Shown: positions 10,149 through 19,287 of the stretch, one piece after another
How the letters are laid out: each line of letters begins with the position of its first letter
Numbering within the stretch: position 1 is the first letter of the stretch
DNA from: an uncultured Acidobacteriota bacterium
Lineage (GTDB): Bacteria; Acidobacteriota; Terriglobia; UBA7540
Reading direction: 5' to 3'
Length of the DNA stretch: 64,000 nucleotides
Assembly: GCA_963804995.1 (NCBI GenBank)
Contig: CAWDSK010000005.1
Span: forward strand, 480,001 to 544,000
Notes under the pieces: model-generated
The model's input: only the letters and a program-made list of their open reading frames with translations
Told to the model about the DNA's origin: nothing
The model's database searches: none
Translations under genes and position numbers: made by a program

Positions 10149-11552
10149 ATGATGCGCTACAACAATATTCTGGAAGCGATTGGACAGACGCCACTCATCA
10201 AGTTGAATCGTCTCACCGCCGGTATGAAGGCACAGGTTTACGCGAAGTGCGATTACCTGAACCCAGGCGGCAGCGTTAAGGATCGCATTGGGGTCTCGAT
10301 GATCGATGACGCTGAGCGGCGAGGCTTGCTTAAGCCCGGCGGCACCATCGTGGAGGGCACCTCCGGGAGCACCGGCATGGGCCTGGCGCTGGTGGCCGCG
10401 GTGCGCGGATACAAAGCAGTTTTCACCATGACCGACAAGCAATCAAAAGAGAAGGTCGACCTGCTGAAGGCTCTGGGGGCGGAGGTGATCGTGTGCCCCA
10501 CTGCTGTGCCGCCCGACAACCCACGCAGCTACCACTCCGTTGCCGACAAGCTTACGCGCGACCTGCCGAACGCCTACCACCCCAATCAGTATCACAACCC
10601 CACCAACCCTGAGGCGCACGTCCGCACTGCCGGCCCGGAAATCTGGGCCGACACGGAAGGCAAAATCACCCACTTTGTGGCAGGCATTGGCACAGGGGGA
10701 ACCATCACCGGTGTGGGCCGCTACCTGAAGCAGCAGAATCCTGATGTGAAGATTATCGGCGCCGATCCCGTGGGCTCGATCCTTTACGAGTTTTTTCACA
10801 CGGGGAAAGTCGGGAAAGCCGAAACCTACAAGACGGAGGGCATTGGCGAAGACTTTTTCCCCAGCGCTCTTGACTTGCGCGTGACTTGAGCGTGATTGAC
10901 AACGTCCTGCAGGTGAGCGATAAGGATGCGTTCTTGGCGGCGCGGCGACTGGCACGGCAGGAGGGACTCTTTGCGGGCGGTTCCGCCGGCACGGCGATTG
11001 CTGTCGCGTTGCGCGTTGCTGCCACGCTCAAAGAATCCGATTTGGTCGTGGTTCTGATTCCCGACACTGGCATGCGCTACCTCAGCAAGGTTTACAACAA
11101 TGAGTGGATGCCCGATAACCGTTACTTTGAATCATCGGTTCCGCTTACCGCGCTGGATGTGGTGCAGGCCAAAGGCTCGCAGGGAAAGCCTGCCAAGGTC
11201 GTGTCCGTAACACCCTCGGACACGCTTCTGGCTGCGCTCGATCGCATGCGCGAGCAGGACCTATCGCAGCTTCCGGTCTTTGAAGCCGGGGTGCCTGTAG
11301 GTGCTCTCTATTGAAGATGATTTGTTGAGCGTGGCGATGGAAGGGAAGGACCTGAAGAAAGTTGTGGTGCGGGAAGTGATGAGCGCCGCTTTCCCTATCA
11401 TCAGCACCGCGTCACCCATCGACCACCTGACCTCGTTCATCACGCGTGACTGCCCCGCCGTGTTCGTTGAGGTCGGCAGCGGGCAGTACGAGATCCTCAC
11501 GAAATACGACTTGGTCCACGCCATCGCGCGCTTGCTCGAAAAAGCCCAGTAA
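10149..11552 (+). pseudogene. cbs: Cystathionine beta-synthase with C-terminal CBS domains, two frameshifts
   Basis: NPGGSVKDRI PLP lysine, GIGTGGT loop, PDTGMRYLSK; pieces 10149-10889, 10886-11314, 11301-11552; broken by an 11-bp duplication (10871-10892) and an extra T near 11311. Confidence 0.8.
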
Positions 11553-11736
11553 GGGCACCCGGTCGACGATTTCAGTCGTCAGCTTTCCATCGGCATTGTG
11601 CGATTTCCAGAGTGCAAGGTTTCCGCAGCGCCGCCTGCTTGGGAGCGGGAATCGTCCCGTGCCTGGTTTGACAAACCCGCCACCACACTCCAGAATGAAG
11701 GTTTGGGCATCATCTGAATTCTTACGGAGAGCATCC

Positions 11737-12801
11737 ATGAGCAGCAAAATCACCCCGCAGGATGTCTTGACCGCCCTGCGCACCGTGAAGGACCCCGATC
11801 TTGGACGCGACATTGTCACGCTGGGCTTTGTGAAGGAATTAGAAGTTGGCGACAGCCGGGTTTCTTTCACCCTCCAACTCACGACCCCCGCGTGTCCCGT
11901 GCGCGATCAATTGCTGGCGCAAGCACGCGCGGCGGTTGCGGCCATGGGCGTCGCGAATGTGGACGTCCGCCTGGCGACCCAAGTTCCCATGCGCAACACT
12001 GGCCATGCGCTGATCCCGCAAGTGAAGAACACTGTGGCGGTGGCGAGCGGCAAGGGTGGCGTAGGCAAATCCACGGTGGCTGCCAACCTGGCGGTGGCAT
12101 TGCAGCGCAGCGGCGCCAAGGTGGGCCTGATGGACACCGACGTTTACGGCCCCAGCGTACCCATGCTGATGGGTGGGAGTGAGGCTCCCCATGTGGTCGA
12201 GGGCAAAATCGAGCCGCCCGTCCAGTACGGCATCAAGATCATCTCCATGGCGTATTTCCTGCCCAAAGATGAAGCGGTCATCTGGCGCGGGCCCATGCTG
12301 CACAAGACCATCCAGCAATTTCTCGGCGACGTGCGTTGGGGAGAACTCGACTACCTTATTATGGATTTGCCACCTGGCACGGGCGACATCCAGTTGAGCC
12401 TTTCGCAGACTATTCCACTCACGGGCGCTGTGGTGGTCTCGACGCCGCAAGATCTGGCCCTTACGGTGGCGGCGAAAGCCATCGCCATGTTCCAGAAATT
12501 GAATGTACCAATCCTGGGCATCGTCGAGAACATGAGTTACCACATCTGTTCCCATTGTGGCCACCGCGAGGAGATCTTCGGCCACGGTGGCGCGCGCGAA
12601 GCTGCCAAAAAGCTCGGGTTCCGCTTCCTGGGCGAAATCCCGCTCGACATGTCGATTCGCGTGCAAAGCGATGGCGGCAAACCCGTGGCGCTCGATGACT
12701 CGACGGTTTACGGCAAGGCGTTCCAGGAAGTGGCGGGCGCGCTTGCGGCGCAGATCAGCATTGTGAACTATCAGACGCCGCAGGAAATTAGTATTGAGTA
12801 G
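11737..12801 (+). CDS. mrp: Mrp/NBP35 Fe-S cluster carrier ATPase (ApbC) with N-terminal DUF59 domain
   Basis: VASGKGGVGKST, DVYGPS, WRGPM, DLPPGTGD, ENMS, CSHC; start ATG 11737. Confidence 0.95.
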   Translation: MSSKITPQDVLTALRTVKDPDLGRDIVTLGFVKELEVGDSRVSFTLQLTTPACPVRDQLLAQARAAVAAMGVANVDVRLATQVPMRNTGHALIPQVKNTVAVASGKGGVGKSTVAANLAVALQRSGAKVGLMDTDVYGPSVPMLMGGSEAPHVVEGKIEPPVQYGIKIISMAYFLPKDEAVIWRGPMLHKTIQQFLGDVRWGELDYLIMDLPPGTGDIQLSLSQTIPLTGAVVVSTPQDLALTVAAKAIAMFQKLNVPILGIVENMSYHICSHCGHREEIFGHGGAREAAKKLGFRFLGEIPLDMSIRVQSDGGKPVALDDSTVYGKAFQEVAGALAAQISIVNYQTPQEISIE

Positions 12802-12857
12802 GAAGCGGTCAGCCAGGCCTTAGCTGAGAGCTGACCGACAATTGCTTCTTTAGACCC

Positions 12858-13199
12858 ATGCCCTCCACCCCGACCAAAATTAAACTCGCCGCGGGAAACA
12901 ACACCCTTTCCATCCAGTGGTCGGATGGACACGAGAGCTCGTATCCCTATCGTTACCTGCGCAGCAAGTGCCCTTGCGCGACCTGCGAGGAAACCCCTCC
13001 GCCGCCTGAGCAGTCGATAGGCGGCCTGCCGATTCTTGGCCAGAAGCCGCTGCGTCCAGAGCGCGCCGAGTTAGTGGGCCGCTATGCGCTGCAAATCTTC
13101 TGGAGCGATGGCCACTCCGCCGGCATTTATGCTTTCGAGCACCTCCGCGCCCTTTGCCCCTGCCCCGACTGTGCAGCTCCCCGGGAAGTCACAGGTTGA
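12858..13199 (+). CDS. DUF971 (gamma-butyrobetaine hydroxylase-like N-terminal) protein
   Basis: WSDGHES...CPCATC, VGRYALQIFWSDGHSAGIY; adjacent to mrp. Confidence 0.85.
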   Translation: MPSTPTKIKLAAGNNTLSIQWSDGHESSYPYRYLRSKCPCATCEETPPPPEQSIGGLPILGQKPLRPERAELVGRYALQIFWSDGHSAGIYAFEHLRALCPCPDCAAPREVTG

Positions 13200-13280
13200 T
13201 GTTGCCCTGGCTTATGGCATAAAATGCCCTCCGGCTGGATGTTTATGGGGCAATGATTCACTGACAATTCAGGAGGACAT

Positions 13281-14309
13281 ATGGAAGGCGCTGCATTTCG
13301 CGCGCTCCTTATTGTGGGCGTAACCGTTCTAGTAGCATTGGCCGCGGCCTCGCGGACTGACCCCAAGCTAGAGCCGTCGCGCGGGCTGCTCCTGGTCACG
13401 AACAAGGGTGACCACACGCTAGCGATTGTCGACCCGGAAACCGGCAAGCGGATCGCGGCGGTGGACGAGGCTGGCATTACCGGTCACGAACTGGCAGCGT
13501 CACCTGATGGTCGACGCGCCTTCGTTCCCATTTATGGCAACTCCGGAGTGGGAAGGGCCGGCTCAGACGGCCAGACCATGGCAGTGATTGATGTGGACCA
13601 GCGGAAGTTGATTAAAACCTTCGACTTTGACAAACCCCTGCGCCCGCACTGCGCGGTCTTCGGGCCGAAAAATGGCTTGCTCTACGTGACCACGGAACTT
13701 GCTAAGTCCGTCACTATAATTGACCCGAAGACGCTGCGCGTTCTGGGCTCGATCCCGACCGGCCAACCCGAGTCTCACATGCTGGCCATCTCCCACGACG
13801 GCAAACGCGGCTTCACTTCGAATGTCGGGGTGGGCACGGTCAGTGTGCTGGACCTCGTGGCGCACAAGACGCTCGCGGTGATCCCTGTATCTGCCCATGC
13901 CCAGCGCATTGCGATCTCGATAGATGATCACTGGGTCTTCACGGCCGACCAGACCAAGCCGCAACTTGCTGTCATCGACACGACAACAAATAAGGTCACG
14001 AAATGGATTCCCCTGGACGCGCTCGCATACGGTACCGGCGCGACCCTGGACGGCAAATGGTTGCTGGTCACAATACCGACGCTCGGGAAAGTTGCCGTGG
14101 TGGATATCAGCTTAATGAAAGTGGTGCGCTCGGTCGATGTGCCGAAATCGCCGCAGGAGGTTCTGGTGCGACCCGACAACCAGATGGCCTACATATCCTG
14201 CCTGGAAAGTAAAAAGGTAGCCGCGATCAATCTGAAAACCTGGAACGTGGATCAACTGATCGAAACAGGTCCTGATGCGGATGGAATGGCATGGGCCAAG
14301 GCACATTAA
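13281..14309 (+). CDS. YncE/YVTN-type beta-propeller exported protein
   Basis: GGAGG RBS, signal peptide, repeated beta-propeller units (LVTNKGDHTLAIVD, YVTTELAKSVTIID). Confidence 0.85.
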   Translation: MEGAAFRALLIVGVTVLVALAAASRTDPKLEPSRGLLLVTNKGDHTLAIVDPETGKRIAAVDEAGITGHELAASPDGRRAFVPIYGNSGVGRAGSDGQTMAVIDVDQRKLIKTFDFDKPLRPHCAVFGPKNGLLYVTTELAKSVTIIDPKTLRVLGSIPTGQPESHMLAISHDGKRGFTSNVGVGTVSVLDLVAHKTLAVIPVSAHAQRIAISIDDHWVFTADQTKPQLAVIDTTTNKVTKWIPLDALAYGTGATLDGKWLLVTIPTLGKVAVVDISLMKVVRSVDVPKSPQEVLVRPDNQMAYISCLESKKVAAINLKTWNVDQLIETGPDADGMAWAKAH

Positions 14310-14471
14310 TCCATTAGGCTATCCGATAATCAGATGACCGGTTGAATGGAATATCGGAGGTTTGATGAAAAGCGGTTGATAAATCTGGGTCGAGTCGTGT
14401 CGCCGCCAAGTCTTTCGCTTTACAACACCTCATTAGGGGCTACTACTCCTTAATACCAAGCACTGGTTTCG

Positions 14472-14614
14472 ATCCCCAATAGCGCTGCAAGTCTATTATT
14501 TTCTTTCAGTTACAAGGGAAAATGGTGTTCATATTTGGAGCCATGTTCTATCCCCAATAGTGCGATAAGTCACTTGTTTGTATTCATTTAGATGGCTTAA
14601 TTGCCTTCATATTT
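14472..14614. repeat. Imperfect tandem duplication with 78-bp period in AT-rich intergenic DNA
   Basis: ATCCCCAATAG at 14472 and 14550; AAGTC at 14489 and 14567; TTCATATTT at 14528 and 14606. Confidence 0.7.
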
Positions 14615-15026
14615 TAAGCCTTAGCCCGCAGGCATTGCCCCTAGGATCGTTCCGGAGAAGATGTCCGATTATTTTTCATCCCCTCCCATCCTCGGTGTGT
14701 TATTATTACTGAAGAGCTCCTCAATAATTCAGACTTGGTCGCAGCGCACGGGGTGGGTGTTTGTGTCCGAAACTTAGTAACCGAGTGTTAAATAACGGTA
14801 GCGTTGAGTAACAAGCCGTAACCTCAACGGCGTGACACCTAAAGGCGCCTTACCAGAGAGGCCACGGGATGAAGGTCGCGTCACACGGAGGGGCACTAGG
14901 TGAAAAGGGATACCCCTACCTGCGAGGTATGAAGGCCGCTGGGCTACCCCTTAATCTCGCGCGCCGAGCGGGGGTTGCCGACGGAAGACGTCAATGGGAT
15001 GTTAAACCACCTTCGGAGGCAATCCC

Positions 15027-16082
15027 ATGGGAGCCGTGGCTTCCTTGCTTACCAACGATGATCTCCGCCAGAGCTTTGAGGAGCTCGGCTTCGTCACCGG
15101 GTCCGATTTGCTCCTGCCCCTTCTGCGCCAGGTTTACAAGGCGGCTTGTGTCAGCGACATCACCGTCCTGTTGGAAGGTGAGACCGGCACCGGTAAACAG
15201 GTGCTGGCCTTCGCGCTGCATAGCCTCGATCAGAAGCGCCGCGCCTATCCGTTCGTCACCATGCATTGTGGCGCTCTCAGCGAGGCGTTGGCGGAAAGCG
15301 AGTTGTTTGGCCATCTCAAAGGCGCCTTTACCGGCGCCGTGGCCACTCGCAAGGGGCTTTTTCAATCCGCGAATCTGGGCACGCTATTTCTGGATGATGT
15401 GAACGATCTTCCTTTCCATGTCCAGGCTAAGCTGTTGGACGTGTTGCAGCGAGGTGCGATGCGCACCATCGGGTCGGACCAGGAGACGCAAGTGGACGTG
15501 CGGATTATCGCCGCGTCCAATCAGGCCCTGAAGCCGCTGGTTCTCCAAAACCGCTTCCGGGCCGACCTTTACCATCGCTTGAATGTGGTTCGACTCTGGC
15601 TGCCTCCCCTGCGGGAGCGCATGCAGGATTTACCTAACCTGCTCCTGGCCTTTGCGCACCGCCACCGGGACATCTACCATCCTATCGACTGGGTAGAGCC
15701 CGGACTTGTGAATTTTTTGCAGGGGCAGTCCTTTCCCGGCAACGTCCGCGAACTGGAAAATGACGTTCAACGCATGCTCTTCTCGAAGGTGTCGGGCACT
15801 TCGCTTGGATTGGCGGATTGGCATCGCCGGTCGTGTGATGGCAAAGCGGAAGAGTCTCCTGATTTGCTCGGCGAAGCGGCCACGAAGGTTTGGGGAGCGA
15901 TTGCCGGACAGGGCCTTTCTTTTACAAAAGCCTTCGACGAACTTGAGCGCAAGGTGCTTGAAGCCGCCCTGAAAGACGGAGGTCGCACCCGGCGTGAGGT
16001 GGCCCAACGCCTTCGTACCAGCGAGCGCACCCTCTACCATAAGATACGCGCCCACGAGTTGCGGCCCTTACGGAGTTCTTGA
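15027..16082 (+). CDS. Sigma-54-dependent transcriptional activator (bEBP) lacking an N-terminal sensor domain
   Basis: GETGTGKQ Walker A, ESELFGH-GAFTGA, LFLDDV Walker B, FRADLYHRLNV, FPGNVRELEN, C-terminal HTH; GGAGG upstream. Confidence 0.92.
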   Translation: MGAVASLLTNDDLRQSFEELGFVTGSDLLLPLLRQVYKAACVSDITVLLEGETGTGKQVLAFALHSLDQKRRAYPFVTMHCGALSEALAESELFGHLKGAFTGAVATRKGLFQSANLGTLFLDDVNDLPFHVQAKLLDVLQRGAMRTIGSDQETQVDVRIIAASNQALKPLVLQNRFRADLYHRLNVVRLWLPPLRERMQDLPNLLLAFAHRHRDIYHPIDWVEPGLVNFLQGQSFPGNVRELENDVQRMLFSKVSGTSLGLADWHRRSCDGKAEESPDLLGEAATKVWGAIAGQGLSFTKAFDELERKVLEAALKDGGRTRREVAQRLRTSERTLYHKIRAHELRPLRSS

Positions 16083-16137
16083 GCAGCTCCTGACGATCTA
16101 ACCGGCCGGATCAACCCTCTGTCGCTGGGGTGGCCCG

Positions 16138-16533
16138 TTACCAAATGGTTTTTATCAGGGGGCATTGGCGGAGGCGTTCGTCTCGGGTGATCAACGGCAG
16201 GCCCTCGGCGCGGGCAGTGGCGGCGATGAGGCGGTCAGCAGGGTCAAGGGGAAAGTCGGGGGGGAACTGCGTCGCCAGAGCTGCCACTTCCACCGTGAGT
16301 GGTTTGAGGATAACGCCCGAGCGGTCCATTACCATTTGCACTGAGGCTTCAATGGTTCCCGTCGCTTCCAGCCGCCCGCGTGAAAACAACATGGCAAGTT
16401 CCCAAAGACTAATGGCGGCGATGGCGATTCCCTGATTCACTCGAGCCCGGCGAATGGCGGAGGCGGCGTGGCGCGAAAGTCGCGCCGGGTCTGCCACCAG
16501 CCAAGCCAGCACATGAGTATCGAGCAGGATCAC
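16138..16533 (-). CDS. vapC: VapC PIN-domain toxin
   Basis: ILLDTHVLAW, ISLWEL, DPADRLIAATA, LITRD; GTG start overlaps antitoxin stop (GTGA). Confidence 0.92.
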   Translation of the reverse strand: MILLDTHVLAWLVADPARLSRHAASAIRRARVNQGIAIAAISLWELAMLFSRGRLEATGTIEASVQMVMDRSGVILKPLTVEVAALATQFPPDFPLDPADRLIAATARAEGLPLITRDERLRQCPLIKTIW

Positions 16534-16775
16534 CGCAGCGCCTCCCAATCCTCCGGAGGCACTAGAGGCGATTCGATGTCCCCCACGATTCTCACCACGC
16601 CCTTGAGACATCCAAAGATGTTGTTGCCAGATTCGTCCGCCGGGACAAGCTTGGCGACCGGTTTACCCCGTTTGGTGATGACCAGGGGCTCTCTTGTCTT
16701 CTGAACCTGGTCCATAACTTTCAGGCACCGCGCTTTGAATTCCCCTGCCTGCATTGTTTTCATGGTCGAATCCAT
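16530..16775 (-). CDS. Phd/YefM family antitoxin
   Basis: AGEFKARCLKVMDQV...VITKRGKPVAKLVP; translationally coupled to vapC. Confidence 0.92.
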   Translation of the reverse strand: MDSTMKTMQAGEFKARCLKVMDQVQKTREPLVITKRGKPVAKLVPADESGNNIFGCLKGVVRIVGDIESPLVPPEDWEALR

Positions 16776-16862
16776 ATGTTCATGGTCATAATAGCATGAC
16801 CAATGACCACATTACAACTCAACGACCGGGGAAGCGCCGTCAAGCTTTCTCTGTAAGAAACG

Positions 16863-17911
16863 GGGTAGCGCAGCGTGGCGGGGCCGCAACTAAACAAGAA
16901 TCATGGCCCTCTCCCCGGGGGAGCGGGGTAGCGCAGAGTCTCGTGCTTTCCGAGACTCTGCGGCTCTTCCTTTGATGGATGAGACTTCCGATAAGCGCTT
17001 ATGCCCCCCGGGAAACTGGATTACCACGTCAGGTGTCAAACCCGTGTGTTAATAATACAGTGCATATTCATCATATTAAGAGCCGCAGAGTGTGAAAGGC
17101 ATATACTCTGCTACCCGCTATCGCCCTCGCCCCTTTGCGCTCGGCCGAGGAACGTCACTCGCCGCGCTGCCTGAAACCATAGGCGGCGAAGATCAGAAAC
17201 ATTCCACTTGCGAGAAGAGCTTCTATCTCGGCCAGTTGGTCGCTGCTGTTTTTGATGCCCAACCTGCCCCCCCACGGAGCCGTGGCGAAACGGGCGAGAG
17301 CACCGACAACGACAGGCCAACCCAAGAGGGCGATATGCCAGGCGAGACCACCGACTATCGCCAGCCAACCCAGGAGGGTGAGAAGCACATGCCAGCCGCC
17401 GGTCCACCGATTGTGGACCAGAACGATTATGAGCCCGCCAACAAAGAGCACAGCGCTCGAAAGGTACGCGACAGGAGCCGGGGTGTTCATCCAGATATGA
17501 AGCTTCGCAGCGTCGGATAGTGCGAGCCCAATCAGAACAAAACCGAATAATCTCGCGACCAGTCTCGAACCACTCATCGCAGCCTCCACACACAAATGAA
17601 TCGTACCGCGTTTGCCGGAGATTTCGAGTGTTAAGCGCGGTCAACGGCGGAACAGTAATGGGTGACGATAGGACTTTATCAGGAGGGCCCTGGCGCGCGA
17701 ACGCACAAAGTGAGCGGCGAGGCATCTGACTCGCCAGGGCCCTTTCGATAAAGGCGACTCGCGAATTTTAGGGACGGAAGATGGGATCACGGGACGGATA
17801 CCCCCTTTGGGGGAGAGGGCTAAGAATTTATTACGGCGCCGCACGGGCGACTTTGAGTTTTGCGCTTTTCATTTTGACTTTCCTTTGCGACCCCGCCGCG
17901 CTGCGCTACCC
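16863..17911. repeat. Nested GTAG-type REP-like inverted repeats bracketing ~1 kb
   Basis: 27-bp inverted pair 16863-16889 / 17885-17911 (2 mismatches); inner inverted pair 16926-16968 / 17078-17116, each with a hairpin next to GGGTAG. Confidence 0.75.
17155..17577 (-). CDS. Small multi-pass membrane protein, function unknown
   Basis: Hydrophobic ORF with GGLIIVLVHNRW..GWHVLLTLLGWL; GGAGG upstream of ATG 17577. Confidence 0.55.
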   Translation of the reverse strand: MSGSRLVARLFGFVLIGLALSDAAKLHIWMNTPAPVAYLSSAVLFVGGLIIVLVHNRWTGGWHVLLTLLGWLAIVGGLAWHIALLGWPVVVGALARFATAPWGGRLGIKNSSDQLAEIEALLASGMFLIFAAYGFRQRGE

Positions 17912-17957
17912 GCTTGAAGTGGCGTCCCCAGATCGGCTGGGATATCGACGGACATAG

Positions 17958-18770
17958 TCAGAGACGTGAATCGCCCCGACTCGTGGGTGCGCCAGCCGGC
18001 CGGGCGGGTCGAAACAGCAGCAGATCCAGGCTGAAGGTCACTGGCATGGCTGGGGCGGCCTCGGAGCGCATCGGCCGATAAATCGAATGCAGGACGTCCT
18101 GAACGGCGTGGGCGTCCAGGTCGGTGGTGGTCGAGGTGCGGCGCCGATCAACGAGCGTGAAGGCGGGGGCGAAGGTTTCGACGGTGCGGGCGGTGCGATC
18201 CCGGCCTTTACCGCGCAGCTCGATGAGATCATCCGGCGCGGGAATTGCGACGAGGAGGTGTCCGTCGTCGCGCAGGACGCGCCGGAATTCGCGCGAATTC
18301 ATCCGCGCCGTGATCGACAGGACGATCGTAAACGAGCGGTCGGCGTAGGGCAAAACGCGATCGGCATTAGCCACCACCCACTCGCCTTGGGGATAGCGCC
18401 GAGCCGCTGCATCAATGGCCGGAATCGAGATATCGACGCCATGCGCGTCGAACCCCGTCTGGCGCGCCAGAGTCCCAAGATAGAAACCGTCGCCGCAGCC
18501 GGCATCGAGAACGATGTCGCCGGGTGAGGGCACTATCAGATCCGCGATGGCGTGGAGTAGCGGCGCCGTCACGCCGCGATCATGCAATCGCCGCCGCCCG
18601 GCGACGGCCGCCAGCGTGTCTCCTGGTTGCTTGGCTCTCCGCTCCTGCGGCTGAAGCAGGTTGATGTATCCGCTGCGCGCAATGTCGAAGGAATGTCCGT
18701 TCGCACAAAACAATCGCCGGTTTTCGCGCACCAGCGCCTTGTGGCATTCGCGGACGGGACAGAGGAGCAT
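17958..18770 (-). CDS. rlmA: SAM-dependent methyltransferase, RlmA (23S rRNA m1G745/748)-like with N-terminal Zn finger
   Basis: CPVREC...CANGHSFDIARSGYINLL; VLDAGCGDGFY; GVDIS. Confidence 0.75.
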   Translation of the reverse strand: MLLCPVRECHKALVRENRRLFCANGHSFDIARSGYINLLQPQERRAKQPGDTLAAVAGRRRLHDRGVTAPLLHAIADLIVPSPGDIVLDAGCGDGFYLGTLARQTGFDAHGVDISIPAIDAAARRYPQGEWVVANADRVLPYADRSFTIVLSITARMNSREFRRVLRDDGHLLVAIPAPDDLIELRGKGRDRTARTVETFAPAFTLVDRRRTSTTTDLDAHAVQDVLHSIYRPMRSEAAPAMPVTFSLDLLLFRPARPAGAPTSRGDSRL

Positions 18771-18892
18771 GTGCCAAGTATAGCGAAGGTCCAGCCGATG
18801 CGCTGACACGTAAATAGCCGGCTGCGACGATAGGTGCTGGTCGTGATGAACTGCAACTGACCGGACTCGAAATGGCGTCCATAGGTGGGCAT
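18771..18892 (-). mobile_element. 5' remnant of a REP-associated (IS200/605-like Y1) tyrosine transposase
   Basis: MPTYGRHFESGQLQFITTSTYRRSRLF resembles RAYT N-termini (..G.lhFITfscYrR); similarity stops at the rlmA-like start; no HuH motif left. Confidence 0.55.
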
Positions 18893-18992
18893 AATAAGAT
18901 TATCGGCGGGTAGGGTCAGAGACGTGAATCGCAGAGCTGAGCTCACTCTGCGCCAGCCATATATTCCTGGTTCATCCTGCTGTAACAAGATG

Positions 18993-19029
18993 CTGCCGAA
19001 GTTTGCAGATGGCCTGCGGGCTCTTGCAG
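18993..19029. promoter_or_regulatory. Tandem palindromes CTGC-N8-GCAG (candidate bEBP upstream activator sequences)
   Basis: CTGCcgaagtttGCAG 18993-19008 and CTGCgggctcttGCAG 19014-19029, 21 bp apart. Confidence 0.5.
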
Positions 19030-19287
19030 CATGGCTTTCCAATCTCTCAAACTGCAGAAGGTTTGAACTTACCTGCTTTCCCTCACGCGAATCTTACGGT
19101 TAATCCTCTATCTCGCGGCATTTACCACCGCTATTTGTTGCAGACAACTCCTCGCTGCCCAGGGGGGAAAGTGGTCTCGTTTCAGCCTGCGATCAGATTT
19201 CCGTGCGGCTGCAACCCCTCGCGATTGAGTGACTCAGGGGGAAGACCCGCCTCTCGCTGGACACCATCCTCTTTGCATGACCCGGCA

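Noticed and set aside
14794..14806. RfaH ops element (AACGGTAGCGTTG)
   Set aside because: Partial match to GGCGGTAGnnTG, 5 kb from the operon, and no NusG paralogue recognised in the window.
14900..14985. c-di-GMP-I riboswitch call
   Set aside because: Only the 3' end resembles it and the conserved core is missing; kept as an unassigned structured leader.
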